Shown one piece after another: positions 10,035 to 17,120 of a stretch of DNA of 64,000 nt; the first letter of the stretch is position 1; the number at the start of each line of letters is the position of its first letter. A program made the translations under genes and the position numbers. Below the pieces are notes generated by a model that saw only the letters and a list, made by a program, of their open reading frames with translations, ran no database searches and had not been told where the DNA came from. Origin of the DNA: a virus; the UHGV virus genome UHGV-0272730; one strand, given 5' to 3'.

Positions 10035-10592
10035 TTACTTTCTCAGTGGATGAATAAAGAATGCCAACATAACTCTTTCCCTTGAGAATGCTCTTTCTTC
10101 TGGGACAACACTTTTTAGTTTCCATCCAATATAAATTCTCCAGTAAAACTGTTTACCAAAGACTTTAATTGATGGGATAAAGGCGAATAATCCCCAAGCA
10201 TTACTGTTCCACATTAGGAGGTAACCAGTCTGATTATCTTCAGGGTCAGAACTTACGTTGATATTACCTTTCCACTTAGTAACATCTTTTACATCTCTTC
10301 CTAATACATGGTAAGAGAAGTTATAAGCTTTGTTTCTCCAGAGCCATCCGACTCTTTGCATGTAGACGCCTAGTTTACCAATCCATCTAATATTAGCCCA
10401 TCTTTTAACGTGACCTTCATCACCATCAATTGGGTTGTCATATGTCTCCATCCATCTGAACCCGAAAGGTAAGTGTCCTTTCTTCTCACTGTAGAATGGA
10501 ACTACAAAAGGTGCTAAGATAACTGCTAAGATTGCTGCAAATGGCTCTAACAAAGCTAAGAAAATCCATGAAGCATACTTTAAGTATCTCAT
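10035..10592 (-). CDS. hypothetical membrane protein inside tRNA array
   Basis: 185 aa ORF with strongly hydrophobic N-terminus (WIFLALLEPFAAILAVILAPFVVPF) and W/R-rich remainder. Confidence 0.4.
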   Translation of the reverse strand: MRYLKYASWIFLALLEPFAAILAVILAPFVVPFYSEKKGHLPFGFRWMETYDNPIDGDEGHVKRWANIRWIGKLGVYMQRVGWLWRNKAYNFSYHVLGRDVKDVTKWKGNINVSSDPEDNQTGYLLMWNSNAWGLFAFIPSIKVFGKQFYWRIYIGWKLKSVVPEERAFSRERVMLAFFIHPLRK

Positions 10593-10831
10593 TGTCTAAT
10601 CCTCGTAAGGAGGTAAATGTTATTATTCGTTTCTAAACCTTCTGGTAAAACTGTCTCAAAAATAACACTCTTCAGATGTCTACCACCAAAACAATCACGT
10701 ATAAATCTTTCTACTCTAGCGGGGTCACATAAGTATCCCACTTTTAAGAAAATGTGGTGTTCAACACCAATGACCCTGACAAACTCAATACTCTCACAGT
10801 TTTCATGTTCAACTACTGTTAATGTTTGCAT
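10589..10831 (-). CDS. hypothetical protein
   Basis: 80 aa ORF overlapping downstream gene start by 4 nt. Confidence 0.35.
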   Translation of the reverse strand: MQTLTVVEHENCESIEFVRVIGVEHHIFLKVGYLCDPARVERFIRDCFGGRHLKSVIFETVLPEGLETNNNIYLLTRIRQ

Positions 10832-10848
10832 AGTATCACCTTTTTATC

Positions 10849-10924
10849 TGGCGCAGGATAAGGGATTCGAACCCCTATTAACAGCTTCGTAGACTGTTGC
10901 TCTTTCCATTTGAACTAATCCTGC
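10849..10924 (-). tRNA. tRNA-Arg (anticodon ACG)
   Basis: Acceptor GCAGGAT/ATCCTGC, D arm GTTC/GAGC, anticodon arm ACAGT-CTACGAA-GCTGT, T arm AGGGG-TTCGAAT-CCCTT, CCA encoded. Confidence 0.65.
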
Positions 10925-10929
10925 AAAAT

Positions 10930-11007
10930 TGGTGTTCCAAGACGGATTCGAACCGTCACTAATACAAGGTTTGAGCTTGCATCCTCTGCCAATTGGGATA
11001 CTGGAAC
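10930..11007 (-). tRNA. tRNA with anticodon loop CTCAAAC (anticodon CAA, Leu-type) but short variable arm
   Basis: Acceptor GTTCCAG/TTGGAAC, T arm GACGG-TTCGAAT-CCGTC; 78 nt. Confidence 0.5.
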
Positions 11008-11011
11008 ATGA

Positions 11012-11083
11012 TACTCACTAAAGGACTTGAACCTTTTTCTTCATCTTGTAAGGGTGATGTTTTACCATATAAACTAAGCGAGT
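11012..11083 (-). tRNA. tRNA-Val (anticodon TAC), tentative; CCA not encoded
   Basis: Acceptor pairs 7/7 with one G-U, anticodon arm TCACC-CTTACAA-GATGA, T arm AAAGG-TTCAAGT-CCTTT. Confidence 0.55.
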
Positions 11084-11179
11084 ATGAAAGAGGTCTGGAG
11101 TTGTGCCGCTAACTCAACTCCGTGGAATTTGTTACGGTCTTCAGTTGACTCAAAGCGGTCTTTCACTTGACCTCTGAAT

Positions 11180-11257
11180 TGGTGCTCCCACAAGGACTCG
11201 AACCCGCATCTCCATCCTTACAAGGGATGTGTAATAGCCAATTATACGAAAGCAGCA
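11180..11257 (-). tRNA. tRNA-like element with perfect Thr-type anticodon arm (TGT) but degenerate T and acceptor stems
   Basis: Anticodon arm CATCC-CTTGTAA-GGATG perfect; T stem GCGGG/CCTTG pairs poorly; 5' acceptor strand not complementary; abuts HNH gene stop at 11258. Confidence 0.3.
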
Positions 11258-11671
11258 TTAAACTTTTATGATACCAGCATGTACTTTTCTGTGACAGTTA
11301 GCGCACAAGACAATGCACTTTCTGATTTCATCTTTTAATCTTTTTGTGGAGTATGAATAAAGTGATGCAGGATTCAAATCTTTCTGGGAAGGGTCTGTAT
11401 GGTGTAAATCCAATGCAACTGGTTCTTTCTCACCACATATATGACATTTGCATAAAGCTTTGTACCTTCTAGCTAGAGTCTTGTTATACTCTCTCTTGAA
11501 GTTACGAGTGCTTTTAATAGCCTCTTTCCTTTTATCATTTGCTTGATAACTCTTTGCATCACGAAGTCTTGCACAGTCTTTGCATTGACTTTGAAGACCA
11601 TCTTTCTTGTTCTTATTCTTATGGAATAAGCTTTCATCTTTTGGTATTCTGCAAGTACTGCATATTTTCAT
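11258..11671 (-). CDS. HNH homing endonuclease
   Basis: 137 aa with Cys clusters and HNH core CHICGE...LDLHH...CANCH. Confidence 0.75.
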   Translation of the reverse strand: MKICSTCRIPKDESLFHKNKNKKDGLQSQCKDCARLRDAKSYQANDKRKEAIKSTRNFKREYNKTLARRYKALCKCHICGEKEPVALDLHHTDPSQKDLNPASLYSYSTKRLKDEIRKCIVLCANCHRKVHAGIIKV

Positions 11672-11685
11672 ATCACACCTTAATT

Positions 11686-11760
11686 TGGAGCATCCAGAGG
11701 GAATCGAACCCTCAACCTCAGTTTGGAAGACTGTAATTTTCCCGTTTAAACTATGGATGC
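11686..11760 (-). tRNA. tRNA-Gly (anticodon TCC)
   Basis: Acceptor TGGATGC/GCATCCA perfect, anticodon loop CTTCCAA, T arm GAGGG-TTCGATT-CCCTC, CCA encoded. Confidence 0.65.
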
Positions 11761-11766
11761 ACTAAT

Positions 11767-11842
11767 TGGTGGAGAAGCAGGGAATTGAACCCTGTACTTA
11801 AGTTTGCAAAACTTATGTTTTAACCATGTAAACTACATCCCC
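11767..11842 (-). tRNA. tRNA-Ala (anticodon TGC)
   Basis: Anticodon arm TAAGT-TTTGCAA-ACTTA perfect; G3-U70 wobble in acceptor stem (Ala identity element); T arm CAGGG-TTCAATT-CCCTG. Confidence 0.65.
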
Positions 11843-11848
11843 AATGTC

Positions 11849-11924
11849 TGGTACAGGTGGAGGGAATTGAACCCATCGTCTTACTGATTAAGAGTCAGCC
11901 GCATAACCATTTTGCTACACCTGC
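11849..11924 (-). tRNA. tRNA-Lys (anticodon CTT), tentative
   Basis: Anticodon arm GCTGA-CTCTTAA-TCAGT; close paralogue of tRNA at 13264-13339. Confidence 0.55.
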
Positions 11925-11931
11925 ATTAATT

Positions 11932-12009
11932 TGGTAGGAGACAAGGGATTCGAACCCTCAAACATCTCGTTCTAAGCGAGATAGGTTTACCAATTACCGT
12001 CAATCTCCC
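11932..12009 (-). tRNA. tRNA with anticodon loop CTTAGAA (anticodon TAG, Leu-type) but short variable arm
   Basis: Anticodon stem TCTCG/CGAGA perfect, T arm GAGGG-TTCGAAT-CCCTT; 78 nt. Confidence 0.5.
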
Positions 12010-12264
12010 ATTAAATCTTTTTAGAGAACTTCTAAGAACCTAAGCAACAAGGCTCCACAACAAGCTGTAATAACCTTAGAAGCCCTCTAAAAAGACCTAA
12101 ATAGGTCTTTGCATAGTCTTGTTTAATCCGGTGACTAGAACCTTTGGAGAGCTTGATATTATCTCTTCTCCGTGACACCTACTAGGTGCTTTGACAGTGT
12201 ACGACAATACACGAGGGATAAACCGACAATGCGAACAAGCATGGACGGAGTAAATCTTATTAGG
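12010..12264 (-). ncRNA. structured non-coding spacer in tRNA array (candidate stable RNA)
   Basis: 255 nt without convincing ORF; about 19 bp imperfect inverted repeat (12017-12036 vs 12074-12093) plus small hairpin AGACCTAAATAGGTCT. Confidence 0.3.
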
Positions 12265-12354
12265 CGGTAAGTAAAGGAGTCGAACCCTCACCGTATCTCT
12301 ACAGTGGCAACTGTTTTCAAGACAGTTTGGCTACCATTAGCCGCTACCTACCCC
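12265..12354 (-). tRNA. tRNA-Ser (anticodon TGA), class II
   Basis: Acceptor GGTAGGT/ACTTACC, anticodon arm ACTGT-CTTGAAA-ACAGT perfect, long variable arm, T loop TTCGACT. Confidence 0.6.
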
Positions 12355-12365
12355 TAATAAGACTT

Positions 12366-12448
12366 TGGCATGGGACGGAGGAGTTGAACCCCTTTGAAAC
12401 GGTTTTGGAGGCCGTTGCTCATGCCTTAGAGTCTTAACATCGTCCCAT
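12366..12448 (-). tRNA. tRNA-Trp (anticodon CCA), tentative, with enlarged D region
   Basis: Acceptor ATGGGAC/GTCCCAT perfect, anticodon arm ACGGC-CTCCAAA-ACCGT; 83 nt. Confidence 0.5.
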
Positions 12449-12460
12449 ATTATAATTCGA

Positions 12461-12489
12461 AGCTTACCCTGTTATCTCAACACTGTCAA
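12461..12489 (-). promoter_or_regulatory. candidate sigma70-like promoter upstream of tRNA at 12366-12448
   Basis: Minus strand TTGACA (12484-12489), 17 bp spacer, TAAGCT (12461-12466). Confidence 0.3.
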
Positions 12490-12590
12490 GCTTCTTCTCA
12501 GATTATTTACATGTTCTGGAAAACATGAGATACAGACCACCTCCTTACACGGAGACCCGATAAGGTCGTCTAAGCAATCTGCTAACTATT

Positions 12591-12667
12591 TGGTACACCC
12601 TACAGGATTCGAACCTGTAACTAACGATTTAGAAGACCGTTGCTCTATCCAATTGAACTAAGGGTGC
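12591..12667 (-). tRNA. tRNA-Arg (anticodon TCT)
   Basis: Acceptor GCACCCT/AGGGTGT, D arm GTTC/GAGC, anticodon arm ACGGT-CTTCTAA-ATCGT, T arm ACAGG-TTCGAAT-CCTGT, CCA encoded. Confidence 0.65.
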
Positions 12668-12987
12668 ATTAACATTTTAAAGGGTACTTATTGCATTTAA
12701 GCCAAGCCCCATAAGGGATACCCTTTAGAATGTTGCCCACCTTATTAATCATACCGTGGGCGAGTACGCCAAATTCTTTGATGAGGGATTGGAAGACCTC
12801 ACTGGTGTTTAGCCTATCAAGCTACTGCCAGAAAAACATTGTCGTTTGCATTTATTTTAAATTTTCAAAATAGACGCTACGCAACGAAAACTATTCAGAA
12901 TATGTACAACAAATTTCCCCACATTGTGTTACGTCTAACGCTCATGTATTGGTGTTTGAATTATACATATTATGAAGTGTTTTAGTT

Positions 12988-13016
12988 ACTATAAAGTAGT
13001 CACATCTCAATGTCAA
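12988..13016 (-). promoter_or_regulatory. candidate sigma70-like promoter within 360 nt tRNA spacer
   Basis: Minus strand TTGACA (13011-13016), 17 bp spacer, TATAGT (12988-12993). Confidence 0.4.
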
Positions 13017-13031
13017 CAACTTTATTGAAAT

Positions 13032-13107
13032 TGGTGCTGGTAGGTGGAATCGAACCACCGATGTTCCCTTATCAGGGGAGTGTTATAACCTTCTTAACTA
13101 TACCAGC
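13032..13107 (-). tRNA. tRNA-Ile (anticodon GAT)
   Basis: Acceptor GCTGGTA/TACCAGC, D arm GTTA/TAAC, anticodon loop CTGATAA, T arm GGTGG-TTCGATT-CCACC, CCA encoded. Confidence 0.65.
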
Positions 13108-13108
13108 T

Positions 13109-13185
13109 TGGAGGTTCAGATGGGAATCGAACCCACATTCATAGGGCTTATGAAACCCCTGCATTACCTTATCTGCGACTGAACC
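13109..13185 (-). tRNA. tRNA with anticodon CAT (Met, fMet or Ile2)
   Basis: Acceptor GGTTCAG/CTGAACC, anticodon arm GGGGT-TTCATAA-GCCCT, T loop TTCGATT, CCA encoded. Confidence 0.55.
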
Positions 13186-13263
13186 AGAATAAGTACCCTA
13201 GTTAGAGAAACTGTTGAGTGGGTGTTTCCAGCCGCGCAGGTGTTTCTCAGTTAAGGGTGAATT

Positions 13264-13339
13264 TGGTAGAAGTGGAGGGATTCGAACCCATCGCCTGTCA
13301 GATTAAAAGTCTGCCGCATCACCATTCTGCTACACTTCC
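13264..13339 (-). tRNA. tRNA-Lys (anticodon TTT)
   Basis: Acceptor GGAAGTG/CACTTCT, anticodon loop CTTTTAA, T loop TTCGAAT, CCA encoded. Confidence 0.6.
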
Positions 13340-13539
13340 ATTAAATTATCTTTGTAGATAAGCTACCCAGACTTGCTTAAGGTCTGTAGCGATGTGCCTT
13401 TTTGGGTTTAAATCTAGAATTTACCCTTTCACCCTTTGTGGTCGCATACTCACAGGTAAGCTTAATAACTTATCTACAAAGATAATTACCAGACCGTTGT
13501 TTATCATCTTAAGTGCTACCATTACACCAACTCGACATC

Positions 13540-13566
13540 TGCCGAGTGAAGGAATCGAACCTTCGC
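13540..13566 (-). other. tRNA-like 3' fragment (T arm plus acceptor strand only)
   Basis: GAAGG-TTCGATT-CCTTC T arm followed by ACTCGGC on the minus strand, but no complementary 5' acceptor strand or anticodon arm within about 100 nt. Confidence 0.3.
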
Positions 13567-13795
13567 CTTTTCTTTACCGAGAAATAGATTGTTTAAGTTT
13601 TGCTGTAAACGGTCTTCTGTAAATTTGTTGAGCCAGACCAAGTTTTAAATTTTTCAAAATTAAATTGGCTTGAAATTTTCATACGTTCTTGCTGTATTTG
13701 GTCTTCTGCTCCTTTAAAGGATACTCGTAAGAACCCTTTAAGGGAGGGGCTAAAATAGCCCTCTCAAACATCATTTTGAAATACTTATTATAATT

Positions 13796-13873
13796 TGGCG
13801 GTTACGAAGGGATTTGAACCCTCATCATCTCCCGTGACAGGGGAGTATTTTAACCAGATTAAACTACATAACC
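13796..13873 (-). tRNA. tRNA-Asp (anticodon GTC)
   Basis: Anticodon arm CTCCC-CTGTCAC-GGGAG perfect, T arm GAGGG-TTCAAAT-CCCTT, CCA encoded. Confidence 0.65.
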
Positions 13874-13879
13874 TTTATT

Positions 13880-13967
13880 TGGTGTGCCGTGTAGGAGTCG
13901 AACCTACCGAGTCTCAATGACAAGGGATTTACAGTCCCCACCGCTACCATCTACGGGATAACGACAC
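13880..13967 (-). tRNA. tRNA-Tyr (anticodon GTA), class II
   Basis: Acceptor GTGTCGT/ACGGCAC (one G-U), 3 bp D stem CCG/CGG, anticodon arm GGGGA-CTGTAAA-TCCCT, about 15 nt variable arm, T arm GTAGG-TTCGACT-CCTAC. Confidence 0.6.
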
Positions 13968-13976
13968 ATTTAAATT

Positions 13977-14053
13977 TGGCGGTTAGTCAGGGATTCGAAC
14001 CCTGTGCCATTCGCTTAACAGGCGACCGCACATACCTTATGTGCTTCCTAACC
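13977..14053 (-). tRNA. tRNA-Asn (anticodon GTT)
   Basis: D arm GCAC/GTGC, anticodon loop CTGTTAA, T arm CAGGG-TTCGAAT-CCCTG, CCA encoded. Confidence 0.6.
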
Positions 14054-14130
14054 TTAATACATTGCCAGACCGTGTTTTTTCTTTTATCCGCAAAAAGTAT
14101 TTTGTTGCTGAATACGGTCTTCTGCAAAAT

Positions 14131-14207
14131 TGGAGGCGGGTGCAGGAGTCGAACCTGCCGATACCATGCTAATGAGACATGTGAGACGCCCTTTCTCTAT
14201 ACCCGCA
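14131..14207 (-). tRNA. tRNA with anticodon CAT (Met-type; 1-72 mismatch hints at initiator)
   Basis: Anticodon arm CATGT-CTCATTA-GCATG, T arm GCAGG-TTCGACT-CCTGC, CCA encoded; first acceptor pair appears unpaired. Confidence 0.5.
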
Positions 14208-14298
14208 ATTCTTAATGACCAGACCAAATCTCTTCTTTGTCCGATTTACCTTCAGATGAATAAGATTAAGTTTGCTGTAATTGGTCTTCTGTCAAAAC

Positions 14299-14376
14299 TG
14301 GCGTTCCAGAAGGGATTTGAACCCTCAGATATCCACTTTGAAAGAGTGGTGACTTTACCATTTTGTCTACTGGAAC
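14299..14376 (-). tRNA. tRNA-Glu (anticodon TTC)
   Basis: Acceptor GTTCCAG/CTGGAAC perfect, anticodon arm CCACT-CTTTCAA-AGTGG perfect, CCA encoded. Confidence 0.65.
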
Positions 14377-14383
14377 ATTAATT

Positions 14384-14460
14384 TGGTCTCTGTTGGAGGA
14401 CTTGAACCTCCGGCCTTACCGCCCCAAACGGAACGCTCTACCAAGCTGAGCTAAACAGAG
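14384..14460 (-). tRNA. tRNA-Pro (anticodon TGG)
   Basis: Acceptor CTCTGTT/AACAGAG perfect, D arm GCTC/GAGC, anticodon loop TTTGGGG, T arm GGAGG-TTCAAGT-CCTCC, CCA encoded. Confidence 0.65.
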
Positions 14461-14486
14461 ATAAACTTTTCAAACTCTATGTAACC

Positions 14487-14516
14487 ACTTTAACATTATT
14501 TTTTAGTGGTTGTCAA
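14487..14516 (-). promoter_or_regulatory. candidate promoter at head of tRNA array
   Basis: Minus strand TTGACA (14511-14516), 18 bp spacer, TGTTAAAGT extended -10-like (14487-14495), about 25 nt upstream of first tRNA 5' end. Confidence 0.35.
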
Positions 14517-14582
14517 GAACTTTTTTAAAATATTTTTCAGTATCTTAGAAAAGCTCTCATTTCGTTTCTATGTAGAACATAT

Positions 14583-14622
14583 TAAAGGGTATTAAACACA
14601 TTGTCAATACCCTTTTTAAAAC
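14583..14622. terminator. hairpin with flanking T/A tracts (possible bidirectional terminator)
   Basis: GGGTATTAAACACATTGTCAATACCC followed by TTTTTTAAAA on plus; lies just downstream of minus gene ending at 14626. Confidence 0.4.
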
Positions 14623-14625
14623 TTT

Positions 14626-16041
14626 TTACCAGATGTAACGGTCAATCATTACTGCTTTGAGCATTACGCTGGTTGGGTCAAACTTCTCACCACCAAGCAG
14701 AGCTTTTAAAGTGGCTGGAGAGAACCCTGATACCATTGCTACACCGTTATCCTTAACAGATACTTCGCAAGTACCACTACGGTTTGCTAAGTACCAGAAT
14801 ACCAGTTGTGGCATTTCGTATCCAGCTTTTTTGTACTTACTACGAATTGCTTCAAAGTTTGTACGACCATTTGCACCGTCAACCTGATTGAACTCCATAT
14901 CAGAGAAGATGATAAGCTTACTTGGCATATCTTTCTGAGTCAAGTTGTTTCTCTTACCTGTCTCAAGAATGCGGTCAAAAGCTGCTTGTAAGTTAGTTGA
15001 ACCGTATTCAACATGACGCATTACCTGACGATGACGGTTTCGTAAATCACCACTCAGTTCAATGAAGTGAGGGTTTGTTGAATAAACCATCAACTCATTC
15101 TTAAAGCAACCTGTATTACGTTCTGCTACATACAATGCAAGTGAAACACCAATATCAAGAGCAGTAATTGAACCAAAATTCACCCAAGACATTGAACTTG
15201 AAACATCAGACATACATAGAATGTTTTCACCCTCTGCCATCCAGTTTGGTAGTGCTTTCCACTGCTCATTAGCAACATCTGCATTACCATACTTAACAGA
15301 TTTAATCACATCGTATGGGTAAACAGCACCAGCATTAATCTTAGTCTTACCCTTTGATAAGGACTCGATGTAAGCTTTGTAGCGCTCTCCATCTTTACGG
15401 TTAAACAGTTTTTGGTAACGTGCAGCAGCAAGTGAAGGAATCTTGCTGTAATCAATCTTACCAAACTCATTAGCAGAGATTTTTTGCTCAACTGTATCAG
15501 ATAGTGCAGACAACAGTGTGCGGTACTCTTTCTCACTCAAGTTGGCAAACTTGCAGAAACGTTTTACAAACTGTTTGTGGCGTGGTTTTACTCGTGGCAA
15601 CCACTTAGCTGCTAAACCTGCTGTTGCAGGGTCTAGTAATGCTGCTTCTAAATGTTTGAAGGCATCTGTCTCGAAACGAGTACCTACGAAGATTTTGAAG
15701 TCATCAAAACGACCAAGTTCTGCAATCTTATCCATAATGCGAAGAACCTGTGTAGGTTCTAAAACTTTATCTTCAATCGCTTGAAGCAAAACAGTTCTGA
15801 AGGCTTTACGCTCACCCATACCTTCTCGTACATCTCGCATATGCAGTAAAATACGAACTGCAACATCAACATCCTCACGCAAAGCTTTGTAGAACAAGTC
15901 TGGTAAGATTTCTACATTGCTACGGCTTGAACCAGCAGCTTTGTAAAAATCTACAAGAGCAGACATTGATGAAGTATGGTTTACAGCACCATTTTCAGTT
16001 CGACCTGCATGAAGGTGCGCATGTTTAAATAACTCGCTCAT
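14626..16041 (-). CDS. vWA-domain protein (MIDAS motif), possibly Ro60/TROVE-like architecture
   Basis: 471 aa; DVSSSMS matches the D-x-S-x-S MIDAS motif of vWA domains; helical N-terminal 250 aa; sits immediately upstream of the tRNA array. Confidence 0.5.
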   Translation of the reverse strand: MSELFKHAHLHAGRTENGAVNHTSSMSALVDFYKAAGSSRSNVEILPDLFYKALREDVDVAVRILLHMRDVREGMGERKAFRTVLLQAIEDKVLEPTQVLRIMDKIAELGRFDDFKIFVGTRFETDAFKHLEAALLDPATAGLAAKWLPRVKPRHKQFVKRFCKFANLSEKEYRTLLSALSDTVEQKISANEFGKIDYSKIPSLAAARYQKLFNRKDGERYKAYIESLSKGKTKINAGAVYPYDVIKSVKYGNADVANEQWKALPNWMAEGENILCMSDVSSSMSWVNFGSITALDIGVSLALYVAERNTGCFKNELMVYSTNPHFIELSGDLRNRHRQVMRHVEYGSTNLQAAFDRILETGKRNNLTQKDMPSKLIIFSDMEFNQVDGANGRTNFEAIRSKYKKAGYEMPQLVFWYLANRSGTCEVSVKDNGVAMVSGFSPATLKALLGGEKFDPTSVMLKAVMIDRYIW

Positions 16042-16122
16042 ATTTTACTCTCTTCTCTCATTTGTTGTTTGATGTGACAGACTTTAGAGCAACTTTGTAG
16101 AGTCTGTCAACACCTTTTAAAA

Positions 16123-16494
16123 TTATTTTTTGAGAGTCGCTACAGCAGAGAACGTTGGTTTGTTATCTGTCTGTGGCTGACCACCATTATCAGGGGTCTT
16201 CTTAGTGTCTGCTGCAATTGCTTTCATCTCACCTGCTGAGTGAGTCATGATAGTTTTACCGACCTCAATCATACTCTTGATGGTTACGTCATCTGTGTTT
16301 AACCCGAACTCTGCAAGCTTAGCAGCATCCCTTGTAACAATCGCCTCAAACAGCTTTGCAGCAAACTCAGCAGAATTATCAATGGTCAGTTGAGCTTTTA
16401 CGAGTGAGCTTTTGTTACGAGAGCCTTTTGGTCTTCCAGATGGGTTTCCAGACTGGCCTTTTTTAAACTGGCCTTTGTTTGTTCTGTTTTTCAT
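16123..16494 (-). CDS. hypothetical protein with basic GNPSGRPKG N-terminus
   Basis: 123 aa ORF; KKGQSGNPSGRPKG motif then helical domain. Confidence 0.45.
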   Translation of the reverse strand: MKNRTNKGQFKKGQSGNPSGRPKGSRNKSSLVKAQLTIDNSAEFAAKLFEAIVTRDAAKLAEFGLNTDDVTIKSMIEVGKTIMTHSAGEMKAIAADTKKTPDNGGQPQTDNKPTFSAVATLKK

Positions 16495-16722
16495 TGGTAT
16501 GCCTCTTATAAGACCTCTTAAAAGGCTTTTAAGATAAAAGATAGATATCCAGAAAGATATCTGTTTAAATAGCCTTTTTAGAGGAACCTTTTAAGTTATC
16601 TTCTAAGTATTTATAAGCCTACACCTTGTCAAGTACTTTGTCAACAACTTTTTTAACTTGCAATAGTTCTTGACTTGTTGTATGGATTACTGTACCATCT
16701 TAGTTAAAGCTGTAGGTCTGCC

Positions 16723-16905
16723 TTGTTCTACAAAGGAGACTTAATGAGAAAATCAAATAAACCGAAGAAAGGTAAGAATACCAATCACTGTAAGGAATCA
16801 AAAAGGGTAGAGTTAATCTACTATTCATCCTCTGAAATTGGTCTGTACCTGTTCTTTCAAAATTACAGAAGACAAGAGGATTATCTATGTGTAGTTCCCA
16901 ATTAG
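16723..16905 (+). CDS. hypothetical small basic protein
   Basis: 60 aa ORF, first on plus strand after divergent intergenic region; AGGAG-like SD upstream. Confidence 0.3.
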   Translation: MFYKGDLMRKSNKPKKGKNTNHCKESKRVELIYYSSSEIGLYLFFQNYRRQEDYLCVVPN

Positions 16906-17120
16906 AAATCGCAGATATTATAGATTTATATCAAACTGCAAAGAGTCATGGCTATATAACCTCAATTGGAAAGAATAGTCACTATGATGCTTTGACTGGA
17001 ATGTATTTCAGGGCAATGGCTCAATCTAGTGAACAACACTTAATGGTTTCTTCCAGTGAGTTTACTTCGTTTCTCTATTGCAGCAAAATTATAAATCGCA
17101 GGAGAACTGAAAAATGTTAA
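16887..17120 (+). CDS. hypothetical protein
   Basis: 77 aa ORF, operon-like overlap with neighbours. Confidence 0.35.
   Translation: MCSSQLEIADIIDLYQTAKSHGYITSIGKNSHYDALTGMYFRAMAQSSEQHLMVSSSEFTSFLYCSKIINRRRTEKC

Noticed and set aside
13392-14381. Several 76-83 aa plus-strand ORFs inside the tRNA array (13392-13622, 13976-14215, 14130-14381)
   Set aside because: They overlap well-formed minus-strand tRNAs and their translations are low-complexity; treated as spurious
8675-14460. tRNA cluster as an integration site of a prophage or island
   Set aside because: No integrase or recombinase and no attachment-site-like direct repeats at tRNA 3' ends; the tRNAs are embedded within phage genes on the same strand
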